A stretch of DNA of 64,000 nt from Selaginella moellendorffii (taxonomy: Eukaryota; Plantae; Lycopodiophyta): the NCBI RefSeq assembly GCF_000143415.4, contig NW_003314285.1, forward strand, positions 79,203 to 143,202, read 5' to 3'. Below, in pieces: positions 35,761-50,592 of this stretch; the first letter of the stretch is position 1, and the number at the start of each line of letters is the position of its first letter. The position numbers and the translations under genes were made by a program. The notes under the pieces are model-generated. The model saw only the letters and a program-made list of their open reading frames with translations. It searched no databases and had not been told where the DNA came from.

Positions 35761-38700
35761 TTGTTGCAGATATGAGAGAGATTTTTGGTGTAGCACTAGT
35801 TGCAATAGTCTGCTGTTGTGGTTGTAAAAAGCCAAAGGGATTTAAATGTCATTGTTCTTGAGTTGGTACTATGTTTCTCACTCTAGAATATGCTATAGAA
35901 CACACGAATCAATTAGAAAGTAATTGAGACCTTTGATCCCTAAGAACATGCATGCAATAAGTATTGTGAGTAAAAATAAATTTGACATCACTAAAATACT
36001 CCAAGTCTTGAGCAAATAGATGTGCATTGATAGGCCAAAGTACAATAGAGATAGGGATAAGGGTCAAGTGCTAACTCTCCCCCTTAACTACTCCTATATG
36101 GTGGCAACCACTACTTCTTCCTAAGTCCTGTTGTCAAGATTGTAACCTTAAGTGTCAAGGTTATAATCTTGACTATCAGGAAAATGCCCGAATACATGTT
36201 TAATTAGCTATGCTTCACTCTCCCACAACTGAATGGAGCTCTGTCTCGAGGCTCCTACTGCTCTATCGTGTTGGTTGGCTTTGTTGGCATTGGATTTCCT
36301 ACAAGTTCAACCTTGAACTTGTTGAGTCGCTAGTGAAACTCTGTAAACACTCCTGGGTTTGGTCTTCCCGGGAGGTCACCCATCCCAGTACTACTCAAAC
36401 CCAAAGACGCTTAACTCCAACTATCCCAAGACCCTTGACCGATTGGAAAAGGGGGTGCACTCTTGTTCATGGGCCCTTTCCCTCTATATTTGAACCCCAT
36501 GGATCGTCTCTCAAGTCGTTCTCTTTGGTTGCTTACAAACTCCTCATCGTCGTCGTTTTCCTCGTCATGCTCACTTTCATTGTCATCTTCCACTGTTGTA
36601 GACTGCTTTGCCTTGAGAGTGTGGATCTCACTATGGAGCTCCATGTTTTCTTTAGTGAGCTGGTCATTGATGCATTGGTCTTCACACACACTATCCTGCT
36701 ATGNNNNNNNNNNNNNNNNNNNNNNNNNNNNNNNNNNNNNNNNNNNNNNNNNNNNNNNNNNNNNNNNNNNNNNNNNNNNNNNNNNNNNNNNNNNNNNNNN
36801 NNNATCTTAGTGCTACAGATCTTGATCTTGATGCTCAGAGATACAACTGTAGGTGCTAGGGTTAGGGTCTTGCCCTATGCCATGGAGTGTCGAGTTTAAG
36901 TCCTTGTAATAATTTTCTTTTATTTTCTCTATGTTGGTGTGGTAGTGTTGGAGAAGCTTGCTTTATGTTGGTCTTTGGCACGTTTATTGCTGAGTCTTGA
37001 GAGATTTTTTGGTCTCTAAGTCTTGTTTTTTGTTGAAGTTCTTGAAGTTGTTGTTTTTCTTCATGTTGAGTTCTTGAACTTGAAGTTTGTAAACCTTGAA
37101 TATGTTAGGTTGAGTCTTCATAGTCTTGATTTCCTGATCTTCATACTTGAATTAGTTCTTGATGTTTTGTTTTTGAATTTCAAAGTTGAAACTTTCACTT
37201 CTTTCAAGGTTGTATTTCAACGTTTGAATTGTACGATTGCTATTTCTTGAGATTGTTGAGGTTAACAGTTTGGAGATGCTTACCATCAAATGTTGTGATT
37301 GTTACCATTCCCAGATCTTTGAATTCTTGGATGAGGAATGGTCCTTCCCATCTTGACTTTACTTTAAAGCCAATTTTCTCAATGTTTCCTCAAAACTAAA
37401 ATACTTGATCATTGATTTTGAATTCTTCACTTTTCTTTAGTCTTCTTTTTTTGTCATAGTTAGCTTTTCTTCGAGCTTGAATGGCTTCAAGTTTCCAAAT
37501 TGCTTGTAGTCTTTCTTTGTCAAGTTTTTCTAGCGTTACTAGTCTTTTCTTAGTTGATTCTTCTTGGTTGATATTGTAGTGTATTGCCATTTGCAATAAA
37601 GGAACAATGTACTCAAGTGGTGTCAAGGCTTTTAAATTCTAGGTGAGCTTGAATGGTGTCAAATTTGTTGAAACCTTACATGCGGTTCAATATGCCCATA
37701 AGGCATCGTGGATGCAATCATCCCAATAGTTCTAATTTATCTTCATGATTTTCTTGAGGATATTCTTGAGTGTCTTATTTGTAAACTTTGCTTGACCGTT
37801 GCCTTGAGGGTAGTACAGTGTTGAAGTCTTGTGTTTGATAATGAATTCTTGAGTCAGAATCTTGATGGTTACATTGATGAAGTGTGTTCTTCAATCTGTG
37901 ACAAGTTCTTAAGGTAGGCCGTATCTTGTATTGATATTTTTATAGATGAACTTTGCTGTATTTTTTACCATTGCAATCTTCATTGGTTAAGTTTCGGCCC
38001 ATTTTATCAGGTAGTTAGTTGCTATAAGGATGTATTTGTTTCGCTTGGAGCTTGTTATAATTAGTCCAACAAAGTTAATCCCCATTGTTGAAATGGTTCC
38101 AGTGGTGTAATTGGATAAAGCTCTTGAGTTTGTTTTTTTAGTGCGTACTTAATTCGTTGACAAATGTCGCATTCTTGATAAAATTTTGTTGAGTCGTGCC
38201 AAAGTGTTGGCCACCAGAGTCCTGTTTGCAAAAAATTTTGAGCTATGATTTCTTCTACAAAGTGGCCTCCTACTTGCTCATAATGGGCTTTTTCGAGTAG
38301 ATGTTGAGTTTCTTCAAGTTTTATATATTTTCATAGTATGCTGTCTTGTACTTAGTTGAATATGGTCTTGTTGTCAAGACAAATTGCTTATAGTAATTAG
38401 AGGTGGAGTATCGACTTGTTATTATTGCTATTGTAAAGTAGTAGTAGATATTGTCCGTCCATATTGGTGATATATGGATGCAAAGTATGTTGGAGTTAGA
38501 AAAGTCATCCATGTTATGTTTCGGTTGTTTGCCAATTGTAATGCAGTTGAGGTGGTGGGATTGTTCATGTTGTTTTTCAGGTTTGTGAATAATCTCGAAG
38601 TTGTATTCTTGAAGCAATAAGAACTATCAGGAAATTCTACCAGTGATGATGGTCTTGTTGAAGAGGTGTAGAAGTGCTTTGTGGTCAACCATGATCTTGA

Positions 38701-41700
38701 CTTTGGTGCCGAGTAGGTAATGCTGAAGCTTTTGTAGTGCATAGACCATTCCTAAGGTTTCTTGATGGTGGTGTAGTTCATCTTAGTTGAGTTAAGCCTT
38801 TGGGTAGCATAATAGATTGGTCGATCTTTGAGGTTTTATTGTTGTTGAGAAAGTATTACTTTGATGGCATAGTCAAAGGTGTCGACTTGTATGTTGAAGT
38901 TTTTGTTCTAGTTTGGTTAAGTGAGTATTAGAGCTTTTATTTTCTTGAGCATGTCGAATGTTTGTTGATAGTATTGAATCCAGTTGTAGTGTGATTTTTG
39001 TTCAAAAGCTCTATGAGGGGTTTTGCAATCTTCACATAATCTTTGATAAAACATTGATAGTATCCCATTTTGCCGAGGAAAGATCATAGTCCAGTGATGT
39101 TTGTTGGGTGTTGCATGTTGATGATGGCAAGTGTCTTGGCTTTGTCCAGAATGTCTTCTTTGTAAACAATATGTCAAAGTAGGATGTTGGATTTGACAAA
39201 GGTAGACTTCTTGGGGTTTAAGGTGATGTTGTTCTCTCAACATTTGATGAAACATTTCTCGAGATGCTGGAGGTGTTGTCCTTTGCTATTGAAGACGCTG
39301 AAATCATTTATAAAAACTCACATGAAGTCGGTGAGGTAATCTCAAAATATGGTGATGATTCTCTAGAAAGTAAATAGTGCATTAGAAAGACCAAAAGGCA
39401 TTCTTAGATAAGCATAAACACCCCAAGGACTGATGAAGGCTGTTTTGTATTGATCTTTGGGTGCAATGTGAACTTGATTATAGCTGCTGAAGCCATTGAG
39501 AAATGAGTACATTTCATATCCAATTACTACATTGAAAATTTCATTAGAAAATGGAATTGGGAAGGTGTCTTTCCAGACTACATTATTGAGCTTTTTGTAG
39601 TTGATGTAGACTCTGAATTTTCTGCTTTTCTTGAGAACAATAACAAATGGTGATAGCAATTCTAAGTTTTGAATAGGGTAGATGAAGCTAGCATTCTCAA
39701 GCTTGTCAATTTCTTCTTTAACTTTCGTTTGCATGTTGGGGTTTATTCGATTACTTTCTTAGTATAATTTGAGGTAGAAGCTCGATTCGATGTATGTAAA
39801 TCGTGAATCTGTATATGACCAAGCAAAAATATTTATGCACCTATCAAGAAGATTGATTGTTTTTGTTTTGAAACCAGAGTCAAAATCTTTGGCAATGTAG
39901 AGCTTCTTTGGTTCATCTTTAGTTCTTAAGTCAATCTCTTTAGTTGGCTCTTCGAGGTTAAATGTTGATGTGAGTGAAGTTCCTTTTTGTTAATGTGTTG
40001 GATCTTCTTCAAGATTGATTTTTTGATTAATCAATTGGAGTTGTTCAAATTTGATTTCTGGTCGATCTTATTGCTTCTTGATTTTTGTTGGTGTGTTGAT
40101 GGTTGTTGAGTTTTCTTGACTTGGGAATTTGCCTTCAAGGTTCTTTTCTTGAGTATCAAGATTTATTGTGCAATTTGTACTATTTTTCGGGATGACTTGG
40201 TTTATATCAACTTCATTGAGAGGCTTTAACTTTGGATATGCCTTCAAGATTTGTGCTTCGATTTGTCATCAAGAACTTCATTCCAATCATATTGTTTGAT
40301 GATGGTTGAAATTTCTTTGTCATCTTCTTTGCTGTGCTTGTGGAGATTTGAGAGGCTTCTTAGTGCTCTCCCAGGGTAATTATGTTTTTTTGCCAGTATG
40401 TAATGATTTGTTAGTAGATTTTCTTTAATTTCTATATATATTAAATGTATTTACTTTGTTTAATGAGTAAATTTTTGTAATGCTTTGCATGATATTTGAA
40501 TATTTGGGTATAGTCTTCAATGTCTTTTTTACTGCCTTATTTGATGCTCTTGAGATGTTCTAGGTGTTCCATTGTTGTGCTGCCAAGTTGATATTTGTCT
40601 TTGAATCTTTGAATCTTTTATTTGTAATCGAGTTTCTCTTCGAAGTTGTAGTACCATTTAAATGTTTTGCCTTTGAATGTAAAAGGAAAGAGAAGTGCTT
40701 TATTTTCTTGTTGCTAGTTAACTTTGATGATAAGGTTGAATTGTTGGAGATGTCTTTTTGCATCTTCAGTTTTACTTCCAGTGAAAATTGAATAGGTGAT
40801 AATATTGTCATATGGTGTTGCTGGGTTAATGAGTATCGTGTCTATAATGTTGTTTAGAACTTGTTCTTCAGATGATAGTGGATACAATTGATAATTATCG
40901 ATGGTGTAACTTTTATATTCTGGAGTCTTTAGTAATAGTATATCTTCGTTTAGTTATAAATCTTTTATTGTTAAGTTATCTCCTAATTTTGTTGTAGTTG
41001 AGCGGCTTGATTCATCAACTTGTGTTGCTTGGTTTTTTTTGTTATAAGTGTTAAATATCGTCTTAAGGATTTCTTCTTGAGCTTGAGTTTTTTGCTATTT
41101 CTCTAGTGCTGAAGGTTGTTGGAGTTGTCTTCTACTTTATCAATTTTTTTTGTCATTGATCTTGCTCGCTCTTGTATCTTGAGTCGGGTCAGGTTTGTGC
41201 TTGTATATTTAATATTGTGCTAAAGTTTTCTTGAGTTATTGTTTTCTTGAATTTGTTTTGTTGGATTTGTTGTTGTCTTTGTTTTATTATGTTCTTTTCG
41301 AAGAAATGTTATGTTGTTATAAAATTGTGTGGTGTAGATTAACACGATCTTGTGTGTTAGTATTTGTGTTGCTATGTCATACTCAGCTTAGTAAAGTTGA
41401 TCAGTCATTAACAAGGTTGTTAATCACCAACTTTGGGATCAAACAAGAGTGCATAGTATAGCTACTCTTTTTTCCAGTCCTTGTTGTGTTAAATTGTTAT
41501 AAAGTAATTATAACCTACCTCTAATTGTGTTGTATAAAGTCTTGCATGTTCTCACTATGAGTGTCTACATTCTTTAGTCGATAGTGATATTTAAAACGTC
41601 TGAGCTGAGTAGTGGTTGTATTTTAAGTGTTGTTGTCCTCGAGATTGTTGTTGAAACAGGTTTCTAGATTATTGATTCTTGTATTTTTCTATTTTCAATT

Positions 41701-44700
41701 ATAGTCCATACATCAAGATATAAATTCCAATAGATTTCTTTAGCTAATAGTTGCAGTGTTTGGGGGTGTATCTAATGTTCTTTTGCCCAAGTTCCTCTTC
41801 TTATTTTTTTATTTTGTAATTCGTGTATGGTTGTGCCGACAAGTGTAATATATCTGTCAAAGAATTGTCATCCAATGATTTCTTTGATTTGTTGTAGTAG
41901 AAAGGTTAGAAGTTTTTCATATATTCATTGTACTTTGTATTGATTGTAATGTTGTTTTTCTTCTCTTTGGCAAATATATTCTCAATCTAGATAGATGTTA
42001 AAAATTAGGAAAGTTCTAGGATGATTCTCCACATGTAGAGTTCAATTTTGTCTTGGTTTCTTACAAATGTTTCATAGTGGATGATAATTCCAGAGCAGAC
42101 TATATGTGTATTTTTTGATTTTGTTAATCATAGACTTTGTTGAAGATTCTTTCTTGAATCTTGAGAGATAGATTCTTGAGTGTCCTTAGGAATTGTTTTG
42201 TTTCCTACATTCAATAATGCAAAGTGTCATGGTGTCAGTTTCTTCAATTTTGATGTCATCTTCTTCTAATTCAGGTTTATTACTGTCTTTCTTGTTTTTC
42301 TTCAATATGTGTTTGTTGTTGTGCTTTTTCAAGTATTCTTGGACTTCTCTTGGGATTATCTTGATAATGACTAAAGTAAAATTTCAAAGTCATAATACTG
42401 GGTCAATGATGATTTGGATTGTGGTGTTGTTGATGATTTCTTGAAGTTGGGTTTCAAGTTTTTGAGTTGATTCTTGACTTTGAATTCTTTGAGTTTGTGG
42501 AAGAACTTGATTTTGCTGGTGAGGCAATTTGATTGTTCTTTGTTATCTTATTTGTTGCTGATGAAGCGGTGATGTTTGCAGGTGTAAAGGAAGATAGCAT
42601 TGAGGTTGTTTTTTTGTTGCTTCATTCATTATCGTAAACTTTCTTAACTCTCAAGATAACATTTCTGAGTGTCAAAAAAACTTTCTTGAATCTTGCAGTC
42701 TTAAGTGTTCTTGAATGTTAGTTGTAACTACATCAATTTTAGTGAAGACTGATGTATTGGTTTTCTGTCATCTTCAATAGAGTGGGTAGTTTTTATTTTG
42801 TTAGATTTCATTGAGATCTTCACGATTTCATAATCTTTATTTCTTTTTCTTCTCTTTGGTGTGTTTCTTGGCATTTCCTATTTAGATTTTAGTTGTTTTT
42901 GAAATGTCTCTGGTTTGTTGCTGTAGCACATATGGTTTTGACCCTTTATCCTATGGTGATTTACTATAGGATAACCATGAAGTGGAACTTAAACCCTCTT
43001 TGTGCCACGTGACATATGCCACATGTCACATGCCATGTGTCCATAGCACAGTGGTGTGGAACCTGAGTGTAAGCAACCAAAGGGAACGACTTGAGAAACG
43101 GTCCATAGGGGTTCAAATATAGAGGGAAAGGGCCCATGAACAAGAGTGCACCCCCTTTTCCAATCGGTTAAGGGTCTTGGGATAGTTGGAGTTAAGCGTC
43201 CTTGGGTTTGAATAGTACTGGGTTGGGTGACCTCCCGGGAAGTCCAAATTTAGGAGCTTACACTGAGGTTCAGGGCCTTGGGCCACTGAACGAAGGAACA
43301 GTGCCAAACCCCCAAGTATGGAGCCAAGGAGTGTTGGAACTGGACCACGGAGCAACTAGGAATTCAAGTTGCTTAAGTAAGTGTCAGTAACATCCTGATG
43401 ATGTCTCAAACCCAAGAGACCAATCCAAACCAAACCATAAAGAACATGTGGTATTGCGTAAAGCAATAAACCATCAAAAAGAACAACTAACCATCATAAA
43501 AGATCATCAATCATCTCATAAATAGAGAGATACATAATTATTATCGAAGAAAGAATCCACCATCTCGAAGAATGGCAAATCATTCTAGATCAATAATAAT
43601 CAAGCAAAACCTCTAACAAAGATAATCAATTATCCTAGATGATAGTCAATCATCATCAATGATTACGAGATACAAAAGTTAACATCAATAACGAAGCCAA
43701 GGAGCCAAAATGCCTTCCCCAACAACTTTTAACAAATGGAACAATAAGCACAAAGCTCAAAGGACCAAAAGCTCGAAGAAGCTTATACTCAACTTTTGCC
43801 TAATAATGATCACAAGTCTTGCATGAACTAACTTCAATGCTAAAGAAGAAATCATGGTGCAACCTACAATATCTTCCTCAACACATCCATAAGCTAAACT
43901 TTATAATTCTAAAGCTAATGAAGAGCATTTCAGCATCAATCCAAAAGCTAAGCACAATGGAGGTATGCTTAACAAGTAATCACTAAACAATCCTCCATAA
44001 ATCCATCTACAGCAAGACGTAATTCACTTAATAACAAGGACAAAGAGAATCATTAATGATTGATATATCCCCAACTTAAATCCATAAGAACTCAAACATT
44101 CTAATATCGATCACTAACTCTTCCTCTCATAGAGTTAGCATAGTCCATGACTAAATCACTTTTTCAGGAAAAGCTAAGGCTCAACCCTACTAAACAATTT
44201 TGTCTAGAACACAACTAACTCAACTTGCCACTCAGTTCATTTGAATATCAATATAGTTGCTAACTAGCAAATGCACGAATGCCAATAACACAGAGTTACA
44301 ACCAAATCATCAACACTATCTTCATCAAAACTAATGAAACTCAATATCAATTCTACAGAGAAACATTTCATTTCACTCAAATCTCAACATCAACACAAGG
44401 CATCACTTCAATGCCATCAACACCAGAATAAAGCTAGAAGAAAGCAAAAGTGAATCACCACTCAAAGCTCTTTAGCAACCAAGCTAGCCAAAGTTGAAGA
44501 TACTTTAATTAGTATCCGAAACCAATTCTTCAACAATACTCAGTGTCAGATAACATCATCAAGGAGTGATTCACCACATCTAAGACTCAATGAAATCCAA
44601 CACTATGAACTAAACACAACCAAATGATATCGACAAAGGTAGAATCAACATATCAACATAGAAAACCATGCAAGTCTAACAATACGATCCTCCACAACAC

Positions 44701-47700
44701 CATTTGGTAAAGCAAGCCCATCACCGCTAAATCATCATTGAGCAAAGCAAGTGTCAAACAATCCTCAACAAAGTCTCTAAGCAATCATTACTTGTTGAGC
44801 AACTAATAATCACTCTTTCAACTTGCCTTCACAAGACCCAAACACTAAACTCATGCCATCAAGTCATATACTTATCCAATAGTAACGTAATACTTCATGT
44901 ACGAAATATAGGTTTATGGACAAGCATGAACTAAATGACCACTTGAATCCAACTCAACCGAAATAAGCTCACTAATGTATTTAGCCAATAGCTCTAAACA
45001 TGCCTTAAAGACGCTAACTATGTGATCAACACTTAGTCGAAACTAAAGTGAAGACTATGAGATAGACTCATATCAGTACACAACCTCCTCATAGACAAAG
45101 CTATAGTACCAGTACCAACATCTCAACCTCAAATAACTAAGTTGGACATCACCATCCTCAACCAAGGTGCAGGGCCACCAAGACTAAGTCAAGATCAGTG
45201 AGAGCTCACTATTCTCATAGAGTCTAATACAATGCAAGGTGCAACCTGCCACTAAGCACAACATTGTAGAAGAAAGGCACAAGGGTCACATTTCTTAGAA
45301 AAGTGCAACAACCACTTTTCTATACCAATTCCAGACTCTATCCAACTTAATTGCTTTAGCCCCAAAAGTTAGCATCCCTTTCAGGCCGCATCATACAAAC
45401 TATCTACTAAGGTCTAAGCCAACCGAAATCAACTCCAACCCCTTCTCTAATTTGTACTAGCTTACGAAAACAGAATGGTTTTCGAGCAAAGTGATCAACT
45501 GATCAACCATTGGAAAAACTTAAGAAAATTTGTGGAAAATTTTCTATCCTAGAGAAAGAAAGACTTAACCAACTTCCTTCGACTAACAACTTCACATAAG
45601 TTCACCTCAACATAGATTCTCATGACCCAGCAATATGCTTAAGCATTGAACATCTTTGCCCATATAACTGACATCCAACAACATCTGCAAAAGGCAAAAT
45701 GAATATCCAAGGCTTGATCACAAAGACCATATCTTTGGATATTCACATTTGCACTAACACTCTTCTTTAATCACTTTCAAGATCCAATGTGAAGCCTAAA
45801 TATTAACAAGAAAAATGACATGGAAAATCAAGGTCTAAAGAGAATTCTTTGTCACTCAAAATAACAATGCCACTTTCATTAACACAAGTGCTAGTGATGT
45901 CAATGCCTCAACTACACACTTTCTCCATCCAACAATTTACTTCAAATGCTAACAGATCAACTAACAAGCCATAGCAAGTGAATGTTATAACCCTTTCCAA
46001 CACTTTAATGGGCAAACTCAAAGAAACAAAGTACTAACATAAACTTAGCGTAATGGACCATCACCAAGAATTCAGTTAAAGTAACTTTAATGCTACTTCA
46101 TGCAAGTAAACTAGCTTCTCCATCAACCACTTTGGGATTGATCACATCGTTAACACGTTGCTCAATATCACATAGATATGATAAATATCACAATGAATTG
46201 ATCATCAATTGAGCAACACCATGAGCAACACTTATGTCATTATTTCAAAGGTTTATATAACTATTAAGTGCCAACTCAATTCGACAAAATGCAACATAAA
46301 TGCCATACTCCGCCGATAGAAATTTATAACACCACTAACTTTTGTTCATAACACAGATAAACTCATGCCACTCTCTTTCCGACCAATCTCAAAACTAATC
46401 TAACACTAAGCTACTCAAGGAGCAATAGCAAATTTCCCTGGAAAAGAATTGAGCATTGCAACCCAAGTCTTTAATAACAAACCGAGACAAAATGGTTTAG
46501 TGCTCCACCACTATCCATCCCACAACTCACCACTTATAAGACCACCATAACCAATATGCATCAAGGTAGGGACTCTTGATTGCATAATGCGAACATAAGT
46601 AATGAGTTACACCTCGTTGCAAATCATCTCTCCAAGAAGAGAAAATGATTTACATATTTGATCCTTCGTCCTCAATGACTCTCTTTTCGGTCTCATCTTT
46701 GACTAAACCTCAAACTTGCATTCGCACTGCCTTCAGTCCAATCCAAGAAAAGTTTATGAGAAAACACGACAATGATTACTTGAATCAATAGACTCATCCC
46801 TATAGTCTTGATTGATCCACTTGTAACCATGTCTAGGAAGGATCCACTAGTGCCATGTTAAACAGCTATAGACCAGCATATTGCCACTCATAGCAAACCC
46901 AGGGAAGGTTACTTTCACCCATGGTATATGGAGCAACTCATGGAACCACTGGAACCATCAATAGGCTTACATTAATCTTGCCAACTCAAAGTGCAACCTT
47001 GAGTTGCTAATGTGCCTTACGAGCCCAAGCACAAACTGGTGCAAATGGAACATCTCAAATCCATTTTATGAGCCCAAGCGCAAGCTCACATAATTTGGTA
47101 CAAAACGGTAACCAAATCCATACCCAAGGAACAATTGCGAAGCCCTTGCACCAAACTTGTACTCACTCGGATCATCATTTTCATCTCTGCATATGCAATG
47201 AGATTAGTTGCCCAATCTCATTAAATAGTACTCGCTGAGACTCTTCCTCTGATACCAAATATAGCGCACGTGGTTTTGACCCTTTATCCTATGGTAATTT
47301 ACCATAGGATAACCATGAAGCGGAACCTAAACCTTCTTTGTATGCCACATGTCACATGCCACGTGTCCATAGGACAATGGTGTGAAACCTGAGGTTCAAG
47401 GCCTTGGGCCACTAAATGAAGGAACGGTGCCAAACCCCCAAGCATGGAGCTAAAGAGTGTTGGAACTAGACCATGAAGCAACTCCTGAGCATGCAACCCA
47501 AGGAGTGAAGGGATAGGAGCTTGGAGCAACTTGAAACAATCCTAGAGCAACCAACATCCCAATCCCAAGACCAACACGCAAAACAAAGTCAAACGGAGTT
47601 TGGTGCTATTTTAGCATACCGGTGGCCTAACACGAGGACATGGGTACTCCATCAGCTAGCATGGTGTGGAGCTTGGGCTTAGACACAAGCTAGATGCAGA

Positions 47701-48640
47701 ACAAAGACAGACATGCAAGCAAAAGCTGGACTATGCCTCAGGTTAGTCGGCCATGCCCAACCCTACCACTATCCCTACTATACATTTGGANNNNNNNNNN
47801 NNNNNNNNNNNNNNNNNNNNNNNNNNNNNNNNNNNNNNNNNNNNNNNNNNNNNNNNNNNNNNNNNNNNNNNNNNNNNNNNNNNNNNNNNNAAAGGGCATG
47901 ATAGCGAGGGTGTTTGGCAGACACGGTAACTATCATCTAGTGAATATTGAGGGACCAAGCTCAATATCGCAAGGGTTCCCAACACTAGCAAGTGCAAGTC
48001 AACGAATGAGTTTCTCTAACCAGGTCAAGTATGCTTGACTAAATAGACACTTAGGAATTCCTTCCTTATGCTCATCTGGTCAAGTGCACATGTGAGGACC
48101 AGTTTCTCAACTAGCTTAGGAGGAGATTGATAACGGGTCCAGCAATACTAACCTCCTGCCATCGTGGCAGTAACGAAAGAATATCCAAAAGGACTGGTCG
48201 AGAGGTAACTTTAGATACCTGAAGTCACATTCGCGATAGTTGCATAGTTGTAGAAAGCTAGAGGGATTTTGATGTCATTGTTCTTGAGTTGGTACTATGT
48301 TTCTCACCCTAGAACATGCTATCGAACACACAAATCTATTAGAAACTAACCTAAGACCTTTAATCCCTAAGAAGGCTCATGCGAAAAGTATCATGAGTAA
48401 GGATAAGCTTAACATCATTAAAACACTATGAGTCTTGAGCAAATGGATATGCATTGATGATAAGCTGGAGTACAATAGAAATAGGGATAGGGGTTGAGTG
48501 CTTACTCTCCCCCTTAACTACTTTTATATGGTGGCAATCACCACTTCTTCATGAGTTCTAATTATCAAGATTGTAACCGTGAGTGTTAAGGTCGTAATTC
48601 TGACTATCAGAAAATGCCTGAATGCATGGTTAATCGGCTG
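35761..48640 (-). mobile_element. Nested block of LTR retroelements inserted in the gypsy integrase gene
   Basis: LTR-like sequence is shared between 35800-36210 and 48240-48640, and between 42922-43390 and 47260-47480. PBS complement CCTCTGATACCAAA at 47246-47259. Confidence 0.75.
37250..42900 (-). pseudogene. Degenerate Ty3/gypsy gag-pol of a second family
   Basis: RT YQVHIA-like/KTAFISPWGVYAYLRMPFGLSNA (39363-39734), LQEYNFEIIHKP, and integrase remnants at 37300-38300. Confidence 0.8.
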
Positions 48641-49630
48641 TGTTTTAGACTACTTGACTCGTTGGGTAGAAGTCAATGCTCTTGCTAACACATCTGCAAC
48701 TATTGTTAGATACTTCCTCCTCAATTGAGTGGTGTTTTAGCATTCCTATCTAGAGTAGATTCTTTTGGATAATGGACCTATATTTATGGCTAAGGCATTT
48801 CATGTTTTGATATTTCGGTGAGGGATATGCCATACTTTCACAAATGTTTATCATCCATAGTCAAACAATTTAGTGGAACAATTCATTCGGACCTTCAAAA
48901 GGATGATTGCAAAATATATAAACATTCAATATTCAAATTGAGATGGTTATTTGCCGTTTCTTTGGTATACGTATGTCATAGAGGTGTAGAGTTCTATTGG
49001 TGTTTCACCATATAAACTCTTATATAGTCATGATCTAATACTACCAATAGAGTTGGGTTTACCTTCGTGATTGCCATGAGCTGCTGATGCTAGATCATAC
49101 AACAATGGCACTACAACTCCTATCATCGTCCACTTGTGGAATATAAAGTGGATGACTTAATGTTAATTCGTTTTCCTAATTTTACGATACATGGTTTATC
49201 TAAAGGGCTCTTTGCTTAATGGAAAGGATTGTATCGGATGTTGTGGCAAGTTAGATTGCAAGTTTATGACATTTGGCATAACATCTAACATGTTGATCCT
49301 CTAGAAATTATGCATATATAATAGCTGAAACGATTTATACAAAAGAATCAAAAACAACTGGCACCACTTACAGATCCATCAATGCTTCCTTCTAATGTTC
49401 CTTTGGATCTAACCCATTTACAAGAGAACCTTGACAGTCTTCTATCATTCCAAGAGGAAGAGATGATGTGAGGTCCAAATATACAGTTAGGATGCCATAC
49501 ACTAATATTAGTGTAGTGGGATTTTAATAGCCATTGGATTGATTTCAATTTGGACCATTCACTCCTGTATTTAAACTAAATTTTTAGGCTAATTGATATA
49601 TACATTTTTGTATTCTATTTCTATATTCCA
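48641..49630 (+). mobile_element. Right piece of the interrupted gypsy copy: integrase remnant, PPT and 3' LTR (49467-49630)
   Basis: Resumes at gactacttgactcgttggg (position 805 of copy 1) and ends TATTCCA like copy 1. Confidence 0.88.
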
Positions 49631-49962
49631 CACACTTACAAAATAACATCAAGCATTACTGCATACAATATTTGGTATGTATGTGATGCTTCCACAAAGA
49701 TGCTAAGTGTGGAAGCATCACCCAAGCGCAAAGCTAGTTTGATTCAACCTAGCAGAAAGATATCATTTTCTGGAACTCCATGATCACCCTCTATGGTCAG
49801 AATGGTCACAGTAGAGAAGCTCTACACTTTCAGAGACATGGTTCATGCTGGCAATGGAGTGGAGTGGAGGAGTGCTCTCTCCGCATGCAGCCATTTTCGG
49901 CCCATAGATATTTCTTGAGCAAGACTATGGAGTTTCTCCCACGATCAGGCACTACATTTGAA

Positions 49963-50508
49963 TCATCGATCTTCTGGCGAGAGGTGGATGACCGTCAGCT
50001 GCTTGCGAAGCTCAAGGCAAAGCTGGGAAAGCAGCAGTAAAGACTTTAGCGGAATCTCGAGCTCTCCAGCAAGTTGGAGATATTTTTCTTCTTGTTGGCG
50101 ATTCCAGTACAATAGTGTTGCTGCCATTGCTGCTGAATGATTCTCGGCTTGGATGAAAAGCAGGGGAGGCCACCTTTTTGAGTTTTGAAACTCTCGACTA
50201 GCGAGTTCTACATCATCTTCTACTTCTACTGCCGGACGACAAGTTTGATCATGCAGCTTGTATATCGAACACAGCAGTGCATATGGTCTCTCGGGATCCA
50301 GCTTAAACGCTTGATGTGCCGCTCGTCCTCCCCTCTTGGAGTCCTTGTACGCTCCCAGCAATAACGTCCACACCAGTGGCCCCGGCATACATCTGCCACA
50401 GCAAGTTTCCACAATCCCGGCTACAATCGATCTGCCAATTCCGCGTTCTGGCACATCTCCACAAGATCTCCACATAATTTCTGGAAGCATCCGTGCAAAA
50501 AAGACCAC
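49963..50508 (-). pseudogene. PPR E-domain remnant
   Basis: MPGPLVWTLLLGAYKDSKRGGRAAHQAFKLDPERPYALLCSIY resembles an E domain. Another PPR scrap (MITLYGQNGHSREAL) lies at 49780 on the + strand. Confidence 0.55.
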
Positions 50509-50592
50509 GAAAGGAAGAGAAAGATAACACCATCAAACATCCATAGCTCGCTCTCTTTCTTTCATTTGATCAATGACCAATCAAACCATTTT

